DNA from: a virus
Taxonomy: Duplodnaviria > Caudoviricetes
IMG/VR virus record: IMGVR_UViG_3300010052_000185
Span: 1 to 26,984 of that record
Strand: one strand, 5' to 3'
Length of the DNA: 26,984 bases
Made by a program: the position numbers and the translations under genes. Shown piece after piece: positions 6,322 to 14,265 of the stretch. The notes below the pieces were generated by a model. It saw only the letters and a list, made by a program, of their open reading frames with translations. It was not told the origin of the DNA and ran no database searches. Within the stretch, counting starts at the first letter, position 1, and each line of letters starts with the position of its first letter.

Positions 6322-7796
6322 CGGATCTCGCGCGTCTTTCATCTCTCATTTTCAACCGCGTGCACTGGATCCTTCCATCGCAGGCCGAGGCCATTCTCGC
6401 TGTGCTTGATGGCAGGGTTGGCGGCGATCTGCGTATGAGCCGGTTCGAGGGTGAAGCGGCTATCTCTCGTGAAGGACGCTGGAAGGGCTATCAGGTTACT
6501 CCCCGCGGCACCGCGATCGTTCCTATCGTCGGGGAACTGGTCAACCGCGGAGCGTACCTCGGCGCAAGCAGCGGCCTCGTTTCGTACGAGGGCGTTCGGC
6601 AGCAGCTCAAGAACGCAGCAAACGACCCGGCAGTTCGCGCAATTGTCCTCGACATCGACAGTCCTGGCGGAATGGTAGCTGGCTGCGCGGAAACGGCCGC
6701 CCTGGTGCGCGACGTTTCAAAAACCAAGGCCGTGGTGGCCTGCGCAAATTCGGATACGTGCTCGGCCGCTTACGCTATCGCATCGGGAGCCAATGCAATC
6801 GTTGCGACAGAGTCGTCCCGCGTCGGTTCGATCGGTGTTCTCTTTGTGCATGCGAACCGCGCCCGCGAACTCGACAAAAAGGGCGTCGATGTAACGATCT
6901 TCCAGGGTGGGAAGCACAAGACCGATGGGCACCCCTTCGGCCCGCTCTCTACTGAGGTGGCCGCCGAAATCCAAGGAAACATCGACGCTCATTACGACGC
7001 GTTCGTGAAGCTCGTTGTCTCCGGTCGCCCCCAGATGTCCGAGCAACAAGTTCGCGACACCGAAGCGCGCGTTTACCGCGGCGCCGATGCCGTGGCTCAC
7101 GGTTTAGCCGATTACGTCGGCACATTCGATCAGGCCGTCGCTCTAGCCGAGTCCGGTCAGGTACCCCGAAGAACGCAGGAGAGCCGGTCTAGCGTGCCTG
7201 CGCCCGTCAACAGCCCGCCGCAGAAGGTTGCGGCCAACAGAGGAGCATCCGGCATGGATCTCGCCGCCCGCGAACCGAATAGCGGCTTCGAAAGCATGAC
7301 TGTCGCTGAGGTCACTCAGGCCGTAGCCGCATTGCGGGGAACGCTCAACATGGAAGAGCCGGTTGCCACGGCGCAGCCAGCCGTTGCCGTGCCGCAGCAG
7401 CAAGGCACGCAGCCTGAGCCGCCTAAGGAAAAGCTCGAGACAGCCGACCAGGCTATGGCTCGTGGCCGCGAAGAGGAGAAATCCCGCATTAAAGGAATTC
7501 TTGCACTGCCGGAAGCAAGGGAGCGCCCCCTTGCGGCTCTCGCTCTGGCGATCGAGACGGACATTCCTGTCGCTAGTGCGGAGGCCACGCTCGCAAAACT
7601 TCCGGCCGAGGCGCAGCAGGTAACACGTAGCGGCGGGGGATACCTCCAGCGCGCTATCGAGGCGAACGGCGGTTCTCCCAAGGTCAGCCACCTAACACCC
7701 GCCGCCGACGTCGGCAAAGCGTCGACGCTTGGCGCTTCGATGGATCGGTTGCTCGCGAAGACGCAGCCGCCGCGATCAGCCGCGAAGGCCAGCTAA
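6318..7796 (+). CDS. S49-family prohead protease (lambda gpC-like) with C-terminal scaffold
   Basis: IVLDIDSPGG, CSAAYAIAS, VGSIGV, GKHKTDG; C-terminal GREEEKSRIKGIL is Nu3-like. Confidence 0.93.
   Translation: MTDLARLSSLIFNRVHWILPSQAEAILAVLDGRVGGDLRMSRFEGEAAISREGRWKGYQVTPRGTAIVPIVGELVNRGAYLGASSGLVSYEGVRQQLKNAANDPAVRAIVLDIDSPGGMVAGCAETAALVRDVSKTKAVVACANSDTCSAAYAIASGANAIVATESSRVGSIGVLFVHANRARELDKKGVDVTIFQGGKHKTDGHPFGPLSTEVAAEIQGNIDAHYDAFVKLVVSGRPQMSEQQVRDTEARVYRGADAVAHGLADYVGTFDQAVALAESGQVPRRTQESRSSVPAPVNSPPQKVAANRGASGMDLAAREPNSGFESMTVAEVTQAVAALRGTLNMEEPVATAQPAVAVPQQQGTQPEPPKEKLETADQAMARGREEEKSRIKGILALPEARERPLAALALAIETDIPVASAEATLAKLPAEAQQVTRSGGGYLQRAIEANGGSPKVSHLTPAADVGKASTLGASMDRLLAKTQPPRSAAKAS
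7254..7796 (+). CDS. Nested in-frame scaffold protein (Nu3-like)
   Basis: In-frame ATG 7254 preceded by SD AGAGGAG (7239-7245) with an 8-nt spacer, right after the protease domain linker. Confidence 0.65.
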   Translation: MDLAAREPNSGFESMTVAEVTQAVAALRGTLNMEEPVATAQPAVAVPQQQGTQPEPPKEKLETADQAMARGREEEKSRIKGILALPEARERPLAALALAIETDIPVASAEATLAKLPAEAQQVTRSGGGYLQRAIEANGGSPKVSHLTPAADVGKASTLGASMDRLLAKTQPPRSAAKAS

Positions 7797-7837
7797 ATCG
7801 CGTCCCAACGACAACCTCGAACCTATAGGAGGGCCTG

Positions 7838-8527
7838 ATGGCCTTGAGAACAGCAACCTACAACGAGCCCGACGCGCTTTCGGACTTTCTTAAGTTTGAG
7901 ATGGCGCAGGAATACTGCCGGGACAAGGTGACCATACTCAGCGGCGAAGGCGCACTCGACGTCAATACGCTGCTCGGCCAAATCACTCTCGGTGCCGCAT
8001 CGTCTGGCGCCAAAAGCGGCGGCAATACTGGCAACGGCACTTTCGTTCTCGACAATACGACGCCGATCCTCGCAGGCGCGGCCGCTGGTGTTTATCGCGC
8101 GCGGTTCGTCACGACGACGAGCGTTCGCCTCGAGGATCCGGACGGCAAGGTGTTGGGCGATATCGCCATCGGCGGCAGCACCGGCAACAGCGCAACCGTG
8201 CAGGAGCACATCAAGGGTGTGCTCACGCAGGGCGCCACCCCGTTCGCAGCCGGCGACGGCTTCGACATCACGATCGCCGAAGGCTCGTTGAAGTATCGCA
8301 AATGCGTGCTGGGCAATCTGGACGGATCGGCCGTAGCCGCTGGTGTGCTTTGCCACGCCGCAGACGCGACGAGTGGAGACGTCGCTGCGGTGGCCGTGGT
8401 GCGCGGTCCGGCTATCGGTGGCAGGCTCGGCCTCAAGTTCGACGCTTCGTTCGACAGTACGGCAAAGAAAAACAAGGCGGTCTCCCAGCTCGCCGCGCGG
8501 GGAATTGTGGTCCGCGATAGCGCGTAA
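7838..8527 (+). CDS. Head decoration protein (gpD-like, with inserted beta-rich domain)
   Basis: Between protease and capsid; YCRDKVTI, TLLG.IT, DGS..AAGVL, QLAARGI; SD AGGAGG. Confidence 0.85.
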   Translation: MALRTATYNEPDALSDFLKFEMAQEYCRDKVTILSGEGALDVNTLLGQITLGAASSGAKSGGNTGNGTFVLDNTTPILAGAAAGVYRARFVTTTSVRLEDPDGKVLGDIAIGGSTGNSATVQEHIKGVLTQGATPFAAGDGFDITIAEGSLKYRKCVLGNLDGSAVAAGVLCHAADATSGDVAAVAVVRGPAIGGRLGLKFDASFDSTAKKNKAVSQLAARGIVVRDSA

Positions 8528-8550
8528 CTCTTCAGTTCACCAACCGCCAG

Positions 8551-8590
8551 CGGCGTCGAAGTCTCCCGACTCGGCGCCGTTTCCATTTCC
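8551..8590 (+). other. Intergenic hairpin between decoration and capsid genes
   Basis: CGGCGTCG-a-AGTC-tccc-GACT-CGGCGCCG followed by TTTCCATTTCC; weak terminator or processing/stability hairpin. Confidence 0.5.
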
Positions 8591-8635
8591 GCGCCGCTCT
8601 CGCGGCATCGACAACCCAACCAAGGAGAGACGCCA

Positions 8636-9682
8636 ATGAGCGGCGCACTCGTTATCGACGGCTTTACCAACCGCGAGTTCTCGGCCGAAGAACTCACCCT
8701 CACGATGAACAAGATCCCCAACTTCTACAATCTCATCACAGATCTAGGGGTGTTCGGCGATCCGATCCCGCTTTCGACGACGTACGTCGCGCTCGAAATC
8801 GACAACATGGTGCTCAACCTCCTTCCCGCGACCGAGCGCGGCGGTCCGGCGACGCAGGGCACACGCGGAAAACGTCAGCGTAAACTCTTCGAAATCCCCT
8901 TCACTGCGCACGAGGACAGCATCAAAGTCGGAGACCTGCAGAACCTTCTGGCGTTCGGCTCCAAGGCGCCGATGATGCTGGAAGATCAGGTCAACCGGAA
9001 GCTGCTCAACATGGCGATGAAGCATCAGATCACGCATGAGTGGCGCCGCGTAGGCGCGCTCTGTGGCAAGGTGCTCGATGCCGACGCATCGACGATGATC
9101 GACCTCTTCACAGAATTCAATGTGACGGAGCAGGTTGAATATTTTGGGGCAGCCATCACCGGCGGACTCAACCAGCACATACGGAATGTCAAGCGCTACA
9201 TCGAGGACAATCTCGATGGCGATGTCATGACCGGCATTGCGTGCCTGTGCTCGCCGGAATTCTACGACATGCTTCTCAACGACACCGAAGTGAAGAATGC
9301 CTATAACGCTGCGGCGGCGATGATGCGGCTCAATCCGAACATCGACGACGTCCGACCCGCGTTTTTCCATCAGGGCGTGCTCTTCATGGAGTATCGTGGG
9401 CAATCGAGCCAACTCAACCAAGATGGCACGACGACGGCCCGCAAGTTCATCCCCGCGAACACCGCGCGCTTCTTCCCGCTTGGCACCGTCCAGAGCGCGG
9501 TGAGCTTCGCCGCACCGGGCGATTTCATCGAGTGTCTGAACATGCCTGGTGAGATTTACTATGCCAAGGCGGCTCCGGTTCGTTTCGATCGCGGCGTCGA
9601 TCTGCACACGCAGTCGAGCTTCTTGCCGATTTGGACGCGGCCGAAGACGCTCGTCAAGGGCACCACCGCGGCCGCGCCGTAA
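8636..9682 (+). CDS. Major capsid protein, lambda gpE family
   Basis: 348 aa; LNLLP..ERG, FEIPF..HED.I, THEW.R.GAL.GKVLDAD, DLFTEF, TQSS.LP..TRP; SD AAGGAG. Confidence 0.95.
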   Translation: MSGALVIDGFTNREFSAEELTLTMNKIPNFYNLITDLGVFGDPIPLSTTYVALEIDNMVLNLLPATERGGPATQGTRGKRQRKLFEIPFTAHEDSIKVGDLQNLLAFGSKAPMMLEDQVNRKLLNMAMKHQITHEWRRVGALCGKVLDADASTMIDLFTEFNVTEQVEYFGAAITGGLNQHIRNVKRYIEDNLDGDVMTGIACLCSPEFYDMLLNDTEVKNAYNAAAAMMRLNPNIDDVRPAFFHQGVLFMEYRGQSSQLNQDGTTTARKFIPANTARFFPLGTVQSAVSFAAPGDFIECLNMPGEIYYAKAAPVRFDRGVDLHTQSSFLPIWTRPKTLVKGTTAAAP

Positions 9683-9710
9683 TAAAGCAGCTCCCAATCG
9701 TACGACCCCA

Positions 9711-9734
9711 GCCCGGCTGCCATGGTAGCCGGGC
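9711..9734 (+). other. Hairpin downstream of capsid gene
   Basis: GCCCGGCTGCC-AT-GGTAGCCGGGC, near-perfect inverted repeat (one G-U), no U-tract. Confidence 0.6.
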
Positions 9735-9763
9735 CGCATCCCGTTCAGAATGGAGAGTTTTCT

Positions 9764-10216
9764 ATGATCTCGGTCCGCATGACCAAAGATTGGGAATACG
9801 ATTTCGTTGATATCAACGACGAGATTTCAACCCGCAAGTGCCCTCGCGGCCTCGTCCTCGAATTCGAAGAAGAGGTTGCGGCTTCTGCAATTGCGAGCGG
9901 CCATGCCGAAACACTGCAGCCGCCGTCTCCGGTGTTTGCCGACACGATCCGCGTGCACAAGCGTTGGCTGGATCTCCTGGCTGAGACCGGCGGCGATATG
10001 GAGCAGGCAGCCGCAATCCTTGAAAAAGAAGAGGTGGAACGCGCTGAAGCCGCTAAGTCGGCTGCGAAAACCAGCAAGAGAGCCAAGCAGGAAACTGCTG
10101 AGGCGAAAGCCAGGGCGGACGAAGAGGCCGTGGACGACCAAGCCGAACCCGCTGCTGCAAAGGCTGAGGCCGAGCAGGAAGCTGAAAAACCGAAAGCAAA
10201 AGCGAAAAGTCGGTGA
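9764..10216 (+). CDS. Hypothetical protein in the gpFI (DNA-packaging chaperone) position
   Basis: ATG 9764 with SD GGAGAG; follows the capsid gene; A/E/K-rich low-complexity C-terminus. Function inferred from synteny only. Confidence 0.6.
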   Translation: MISVRMTKDWEYDFVDINDEISTRKCPRGLVLEFEEEVAASAIASGHAETLQPPSPVFADTIRVHKRWLDLLAETGGDMEQAAAILEKEEVERAEAAKSAAKTSKRAKQETAEAKARADEEAVDDQAEPAAAKAEAEQEAEKPKAKAKSR

Positions 10217-10617
10217 TGCCGTCCATCTTCGCTGCGCTCGAAAACGCAGCTTTCAAAGAACTCGAGCGGGTCTACGGAGAGCCGTTCGAGTTTCGCCCGT
10301 TCACGTCGGCGCCTGGTGGCGGCCGTCGCGAGCCTGACGGCACGCGCGATGTTCGTCGTGTCGTTGGCATTCACGAGAGCAAGCCTTTCAAGAGCACGGA
10401 ATTCGGCTCGGAGGCGCGCGGCTCGATCCCCGCCATGCTCGATCGCGAGCACCTGAGCTTCGACATTCGTCAATTTCTCGCCGAGCAACTGCCGAAGGCG
10501 CTCGACCGCTTCAAGCGTCTGGATACCCGCGAGGTGTTCGAGGTGTCGTCTCTCGATCGAGATGGGGAAGGGCGCCTGAAGCTCACCGTAAAAACCCTGG
10601 GATTTGAGAGTGCATGA
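10216..10617 (+). CDS. Head-tail adaptor/closure protein (gpFII-like)
   Basis: About 133 aa beta-rich; D.F....EVFEV..LDRDGEGR..L pattern; synteny; TGATG coupling. Confidence 0.65.
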   Translation: MPSIFAALENAAFKELERVYGEPFEFRPFTSAPGGGRREPDGTRDVRRVVGIHESKPFKSTEFGSEARGSIPAMLDREHLSFDIRQFLAEQLPKALDRFKRLDTREVFEVSSLDRDGEGRLKLTVKTLGFESA

Positions 10618-11453
10618 GCCTTGAACGCACAGCCCTGCGACTTGGTGTCGTGATGGCGATGACCAACGCGATGCAGGCACCATTCCCGACCATCGCGGCA
10701 AACCGCGTGTTCGATAGCCGCATCGATCCGATCCAGGGCGCGACAGAGGGCGACATCGCGCCCATTGCGATCGTTTACACCGACGATGACGACCGCGACG
10801 CGCTCTCAGCAAACAACGGCGGCCCTCCGTGGCGTCAGCACGTCAATCTCGTGCTCGAATTGTCGATGGGCATGGTCGGCCCGCTCGTCAATGAAACCGG
10901 CACGCCGATGAAAGACGAAAACGGAAATCCGTTCAGCACGTTCCTACCGGTCGAGACAGAGCCCGAACTCGAAACGATGCTCGATCTTTTCGAGTCTCAA
11001 GTCGAGCGCATGTTCCGTCAGCCTTCGACCCCATGGGCTGAGCGACTGACGTCCGGGGCGAGCAACGGTGGCGTGATCGTGCGCCTCGAGTCGTGGAGTT
11101 CTAGACGCTTCGTTGAGCGCGAAGCGCAGTACCGCTTCGCAGCTCGGCAGGTCATGATCAAGGTCATGCTCGAGCAGCCGGCGGAGCCCGCGATCGTTGC
11201 GCCTCCGGCACCGGGAGATCCGCCGATTGAGGTTTCAATTCCTGCGCCGCTCGGCCCGCTTCTCGACGCAGTGATTGAGGACGGCGGGCCTTACGCCAAT
11301 TCCTGCGAACACATTCGCGAGCTCCTCACAGACAACGGCGGCTTCGGCCCGATCGTAGCCGCGCCGCTTCGCCGTGTGCGCATCAAGGAAGCCGATGCCG
11401 GCGGCGGTAAGCGCCCAGACGGCGTTGCCGAGGTGCAGTTCCCCGACGCTTAA
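10614..11453 (+). CDS. Putative tail terminator/neck protein
   Basis: PTIAANRVFDSRIDP and PIAIVYTD motifs typical of neck genes preceding Mu-like sheaths; ATGA overlap. Confidence 0.6.
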   Translation: MSLERTALRLGVVMAMTNAMQAPFPTIAANRVFDSRIDPIQGATEGDIAPIAIVYTDDDDRDALSANNGGPPWRQHVNLVLELSMGMVGPLVNETGTPMKDENGNPFSTFLPVETEPELETMLDLFESQVERMFRQPSTPWAERLTSGASNGGVIVRLESWSSRRFVEREAQYRFAARQVMIKVMLEQPAEPAIVAPPAPGDPPIEVSIPAPLGPLLDAVIEDGGPYANSCEHIRELLTDNGGFGPIVAAPLRRVRIKEADAGGGKRPDGVAEVQFPDA

Positions 11454-11481
11454 ATCCAGCTTTCCGCACAAAGGAGCGCCC

Positions 11482-11679
11482 ATGAAACAGGTTCATGTGA
11501 GGCCGGCACGTCCGGACCTCATCGTTCGCATTCCCGGCCGACCGAACGAGGTTCTGCCGACCGAGGGAATGACCGTCCCGATTACTGCCGCCGATCCTTA
11601 CTGGCAGCGGCGCATCGACGACGGCGACGTCATCGTCACCAAGGCGCCCGCCAAGGCCGCCGCGAAGAAGGAGGGCTAA
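11482..11679 (+). CDS. DUF2635 / Mu gp38-like small tail protein
   Basis: V.PA..L.VR.P..LP.EG..V...YWQRRIDDGDV; SD AAGGAG; immediately before the sheath gene. Confidence 0.85.
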   Translation: MKQVHVRPARPDLIVRIPGRPNEVLPTEGMTVPITAADPYWQRRIDDGDVIVTKAPAKAAAKKEG

Positions 11680-11682
11680 GAC

Positions 11683-13209
11683 ATGGCAGGCGTTCTGTTC
11701 AACAACATCCCGACCAATATCCGCGTACCGTTTTTCTACGCCGAGTTTCAGCCCGGCGGCACACCCTACCAGCAGAACGCGCGCTTGCTTCTGGTCGGTC
11801 AGAAACTTTCGGGCGGCGCTGCAACACCGAACATTCCGGTGCTCGCAACGGACTCGTCTATCTCCACGCTCGCCGGCACGAACTCGATGCTCGAGCAGAT
11901 GTACCGCACCGCGCGCAACAATGCGCCGGCGCAGGAAATCTGGATACTGCCGTTGAGCGACGACGGCTCCGGCGTAGCCGCGACTGGCAAGATCACGGTG
12001 GCTGCTCCGTCGATCACGCAGGCCCAGGCGCTTTCGGTCTACATCGAGGGGGTGCGCGTGCGTATTCCCGTTCAGACGACGGACACGCGGGCCACGATCG
12101 CGACGGCGCTGGCGGCTGCCATCAACAACTCTTCGCTGGGGCTTTCCGTTACTGCCGCGGTCAACGGCACCAACAACTACGAGGTCGACCTGACGGCGCG
12201 CCATAAGGGCGTACAAGGCAACACCATCGCCATCGATATCGGCAAGATCTCGGATGAAGGACCGCTCGGCGCGGCGCTCCTCACGATCGCAGCGATGGCA
12301 AACGGCGCGGCCGACCCGGACCTGACCACCGCGTTCTCAAACCTGGGCGACGACGAATTCGACTGGATCGTTGGGCCGTACGGAACCTCGGCCGCGCTAG
12401 GCGACGCCAGCGATCTCCTGAATGACATTTCGGGTCGCTGGTCGTGGGCAAAGCAGATTTACGGCCACTACATCGGCACGAGCGCCGAAACGGTCGCGAA
12501 CCTGTCCACGCTCGGCAGCGGTCGCAACGACCAGCACGCCACGATCTTCCCGGTGCGCAAATTCAGGTCGCCGTCCTGGCGTGTCGCCGCTGCGATCGGT
12601 GCCATCACGGCGTCGCATCTGCAGGCACCAGGCTCATCGGCCGAGATCTCCCGGCCGCTTCGCACTCTCGAACTCGTGGGCATCGCAGGGCCGCTGTCAG
12701 TGTCCGATCACATGGTGTTGTCTGAAAAGCAGACGCTTCTCTACGACGGCATATCGACATACTACGTCACGCGCGATGGCAAAGTTCGCATCGAGCGCAT
12801 GATCACAACGTATCAGTCGAATGTTTCCGGCGACGCCGATGCAACCTATCTCGACGTCAACACGATGGCGCAATCGATGTACGGCATCCGCTACATCCGC
12901 CAGAAGCTGACGAACGTGCACGGGCGAAAGGCGCTCGCGGACTCGAACCCGAGCAACAACCCTGGGATTGTCACGGCAGAAGACATCAAGCTCACGATGA
13001 TTCACGCCTACGAGGATCTTGTAGCGCTCGGCGTGTTCGAGAACGCCGAGATGTTCGCCCGCGACATCGTCGTCGAGCGCGACCTGGTTGACGCTAACCG
13101 GGTCAACGCTTCGCTGCCGCTCGACCACGTCAATCAGTTGCACATCGTTGCGGCTGCTGCCGTCAACTTCATGCAGCGCCGCGAGCCTCGCGACGCTCTC
13201 GCCGCCTGA
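11683..13209 (+). CDS. Contractile tail sheath protein (Mu gpL-like)
   Basis: FNNIP.NIRVPFFYAEF, LTARHKG..GN, GRWSW..Q.YGH, LLYDGIST, IER.ITTYQ, NQLHI.A. Confidence 0.95.
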   Translation: MAGVLFNNIPTNIRVPFFYAEFQPGGTPYQQNARLLLVGQKLSGGAATPNIPVLATDSSISTLAGTNSMLEQMYRTARNNAPAQEIWILPLSDDGSGVAATGKITVAAPSITQAQALSVYIEGVRVRIPVQTTDTRATIATALAAAINNSSLGLSVTAAVNGTNNYEVDLTARHKGVQGNTIAIDIGKISDEGPLGAALLTIAAMANGAADPDLTTAFSNLGDDEFDWIVGPYGTSAALGDASDLLNDISGRWSWAKQIYGHYIGTSAETVANLSTLGSGRNDQHATIFPVRKFRSPSWRVAAAIGAITASHLQAPGSSAEISRPLRTLELVGIAGPLSVSDHMVLSEKQTLLYDGISTYYVTRDGKVRIERMITTYQSNVSGDADATYLDVNTMAQSMYGIRYIRQKLTNVHGRKALADSNPSNNPGIVTAEDIKLTMIHAYEDLVALGVFENAEMFARDIVVERDLVDANRVNASLPLDHVNQLHIVAAAAVNFMQRREPRDALAA

Positions 13210-13212
13210 TCC

Positions 13213-13232
13213 GGCGAGGCTTCAGCCTCGCC
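13213..13232 (+). other. Perfect hairpin between sheath and tube genes
   Basis: GGCGAGGC-TTCA-GCCTCGCC, 8-bp stem. Confidence 0.65.
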
Positions 13233-13263
13233 TTCGTCAACCCCGACAACAGGAGCCTAATCC

Positions 13264-13638
13264 ATGGCCAGTCCCAATGCGGGCGGTTTCGTCGTGCTCA
13301 AAATCGACGGAGTGCCGCATCAGATCGCCGGCGAACTCGAAATCGAAGAGACAAATTTCGAAGCCGAAGCGCAAGTCAACCAGGACGGCAGCGTAAGCCG
13401 TACGCAGAAGCCGAAGCCGTTCAAGTTCAAATTGACGATCCGAGACCGCCAGGGCCCGTCCATCGTGCGGCAAATCTATCGCGACGACGCCCGCATCGAC
13501 GTCTCGGCCGTCGAGAAGCAGATGGGGCGCGCCGTGCTCCTGACGGGCGCCTTTGCGACGGGCTCGCCGTCCCGCAATACCGCGAACGGCGAAATCAGCG
13601 GCATCGAGCTCGTCTCCGATCAGATCCGCTACGTCTAA
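13264..13638 (+). CDS. Tail tube protein (Mu gpM-like)
   Basis: 124 aa beta-rich, directly after the sheath; AGG..VLKIDG, NQDG, GEI; SD AGGAG. Confidence 0.88.
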   Translation: MASPNAGGFVVLKIDGVPHQIAGELEIEETNFEAEAQVNQDGSVSRTQKPKPFKFKLTIRDRQGPSIVRQIYRDDARIDVSAVEKQMGRAVLLTGAFATGSPSRNTANGEISGIELVSDQIRYV

Positions 13639-13648
13639 GAGACATAAA

Positions 13649-13675
13649 GCGCCACGGTTAGGGTGACCGTGGCGC
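13649..13675 (+). other. Hairpin between tube and chaperone genes
   Basis: GCGCCACGGTTA-GGG-TGACCGTGGCGC, 12-bp stem with one G-U pair. Confidence 0.65.
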
Positions 13676-13699
13676 GTCATCACCAGCAAGGGGGTTACC

Positions 13700-14095
13700 A
13701 TGGCACGTCTCAGTGAAATGATTGGCACGACGCCGCAAGCCGCCGCTCCGGCGGCGGGCGGACCTGCGCCTGTCTCGTTCGCCGCAGAGATCCCGCTTTC
13801 CAAGCGGATTCACGCCCACACCGAAGATCTCAGCGTCCTTCGGTTGCGTGTTCCGACCTATGCCGACCTGATGGATATCGGCGAGATCGATCGCGTCTAC
13901 GTGCTCGAAATGGACCCGATCACGAATCGGCCGACGAAGATGGAGACGATCGTTGACCGCATCGCCGCGATGCGGTGGACGGAGCGCCTCACCGGGCTCG
14001 ATCAGATCGTGCTTTCGCAGCTTTCCATGCAGGACGGCATCGCTGTCGAAGCGGCCCTGCGGCGCATCATTGGTGCTGCGCAAAAGGGAAACTAG
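13700..14095 (+). CDS. Tail assembly chaperone (Mu gp41 / lambda gpG position)
   Basis: IPLSKRI..H....VLRLRVPT..D and LTGL....LSQLSM.D pattern; between tube and tape measure; ends in a slippery heptamer. Confidence 0.85.
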   Translation: MARLSEMIGTTPQAAAPAAGGPAPVSFAAEIPLSKRIHAHTEDLSVLRLRVPTYADLMDIGEIDRVYVLEMDPITNRPTKMETIVDRIAAMRWTERLTGLDQIVLSQLSMQDGIAVEAALRRIIGAAQKGN

Positions 14096-14265
14096 CGGAC
14101 CGGGTCGACGAACTGGTGTTTATCGCCGGCTTCGACCCGGAATACGTCGAGCGCGCTCCTGTGCATCGGCTCTTTTATTGGCACCATCGATTTTTCGCTT
14201 TCATCAGCCAGCGCGAAAACCGAGAAGTGCTGATCACTGACGCCGTCAAGAGACTCCGACCATGA
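14086..14265 (+). CDS. -1 frameshift extension of the tail chaperone (gpGT / gpE+E'-like)
   Basis: G GGA AAC at 14086-14092 immediately before TAG; the -1 frame reads GKLADRVDELVFIAGFDPEYVERAPVHRLFYW... to TGA 14263-14265, overlapping the tape measure ATG. Confidence 0.8.
   Translation, partial: GKLADRVDELVFIAGFDPEYVERAPVHRLFYWHHRFFAFISQRENREVLITDAVKRLRP

Noticed and set aside
9711-9734. Post-capsid hairpin (CGGCTG...TAGCCG) as a fourth copy of the conserved element
   Set aside because: Lacks the TGGG loop end, the GAA bulge and the GCG flank; the resemblance is only a short GC-rich stem.
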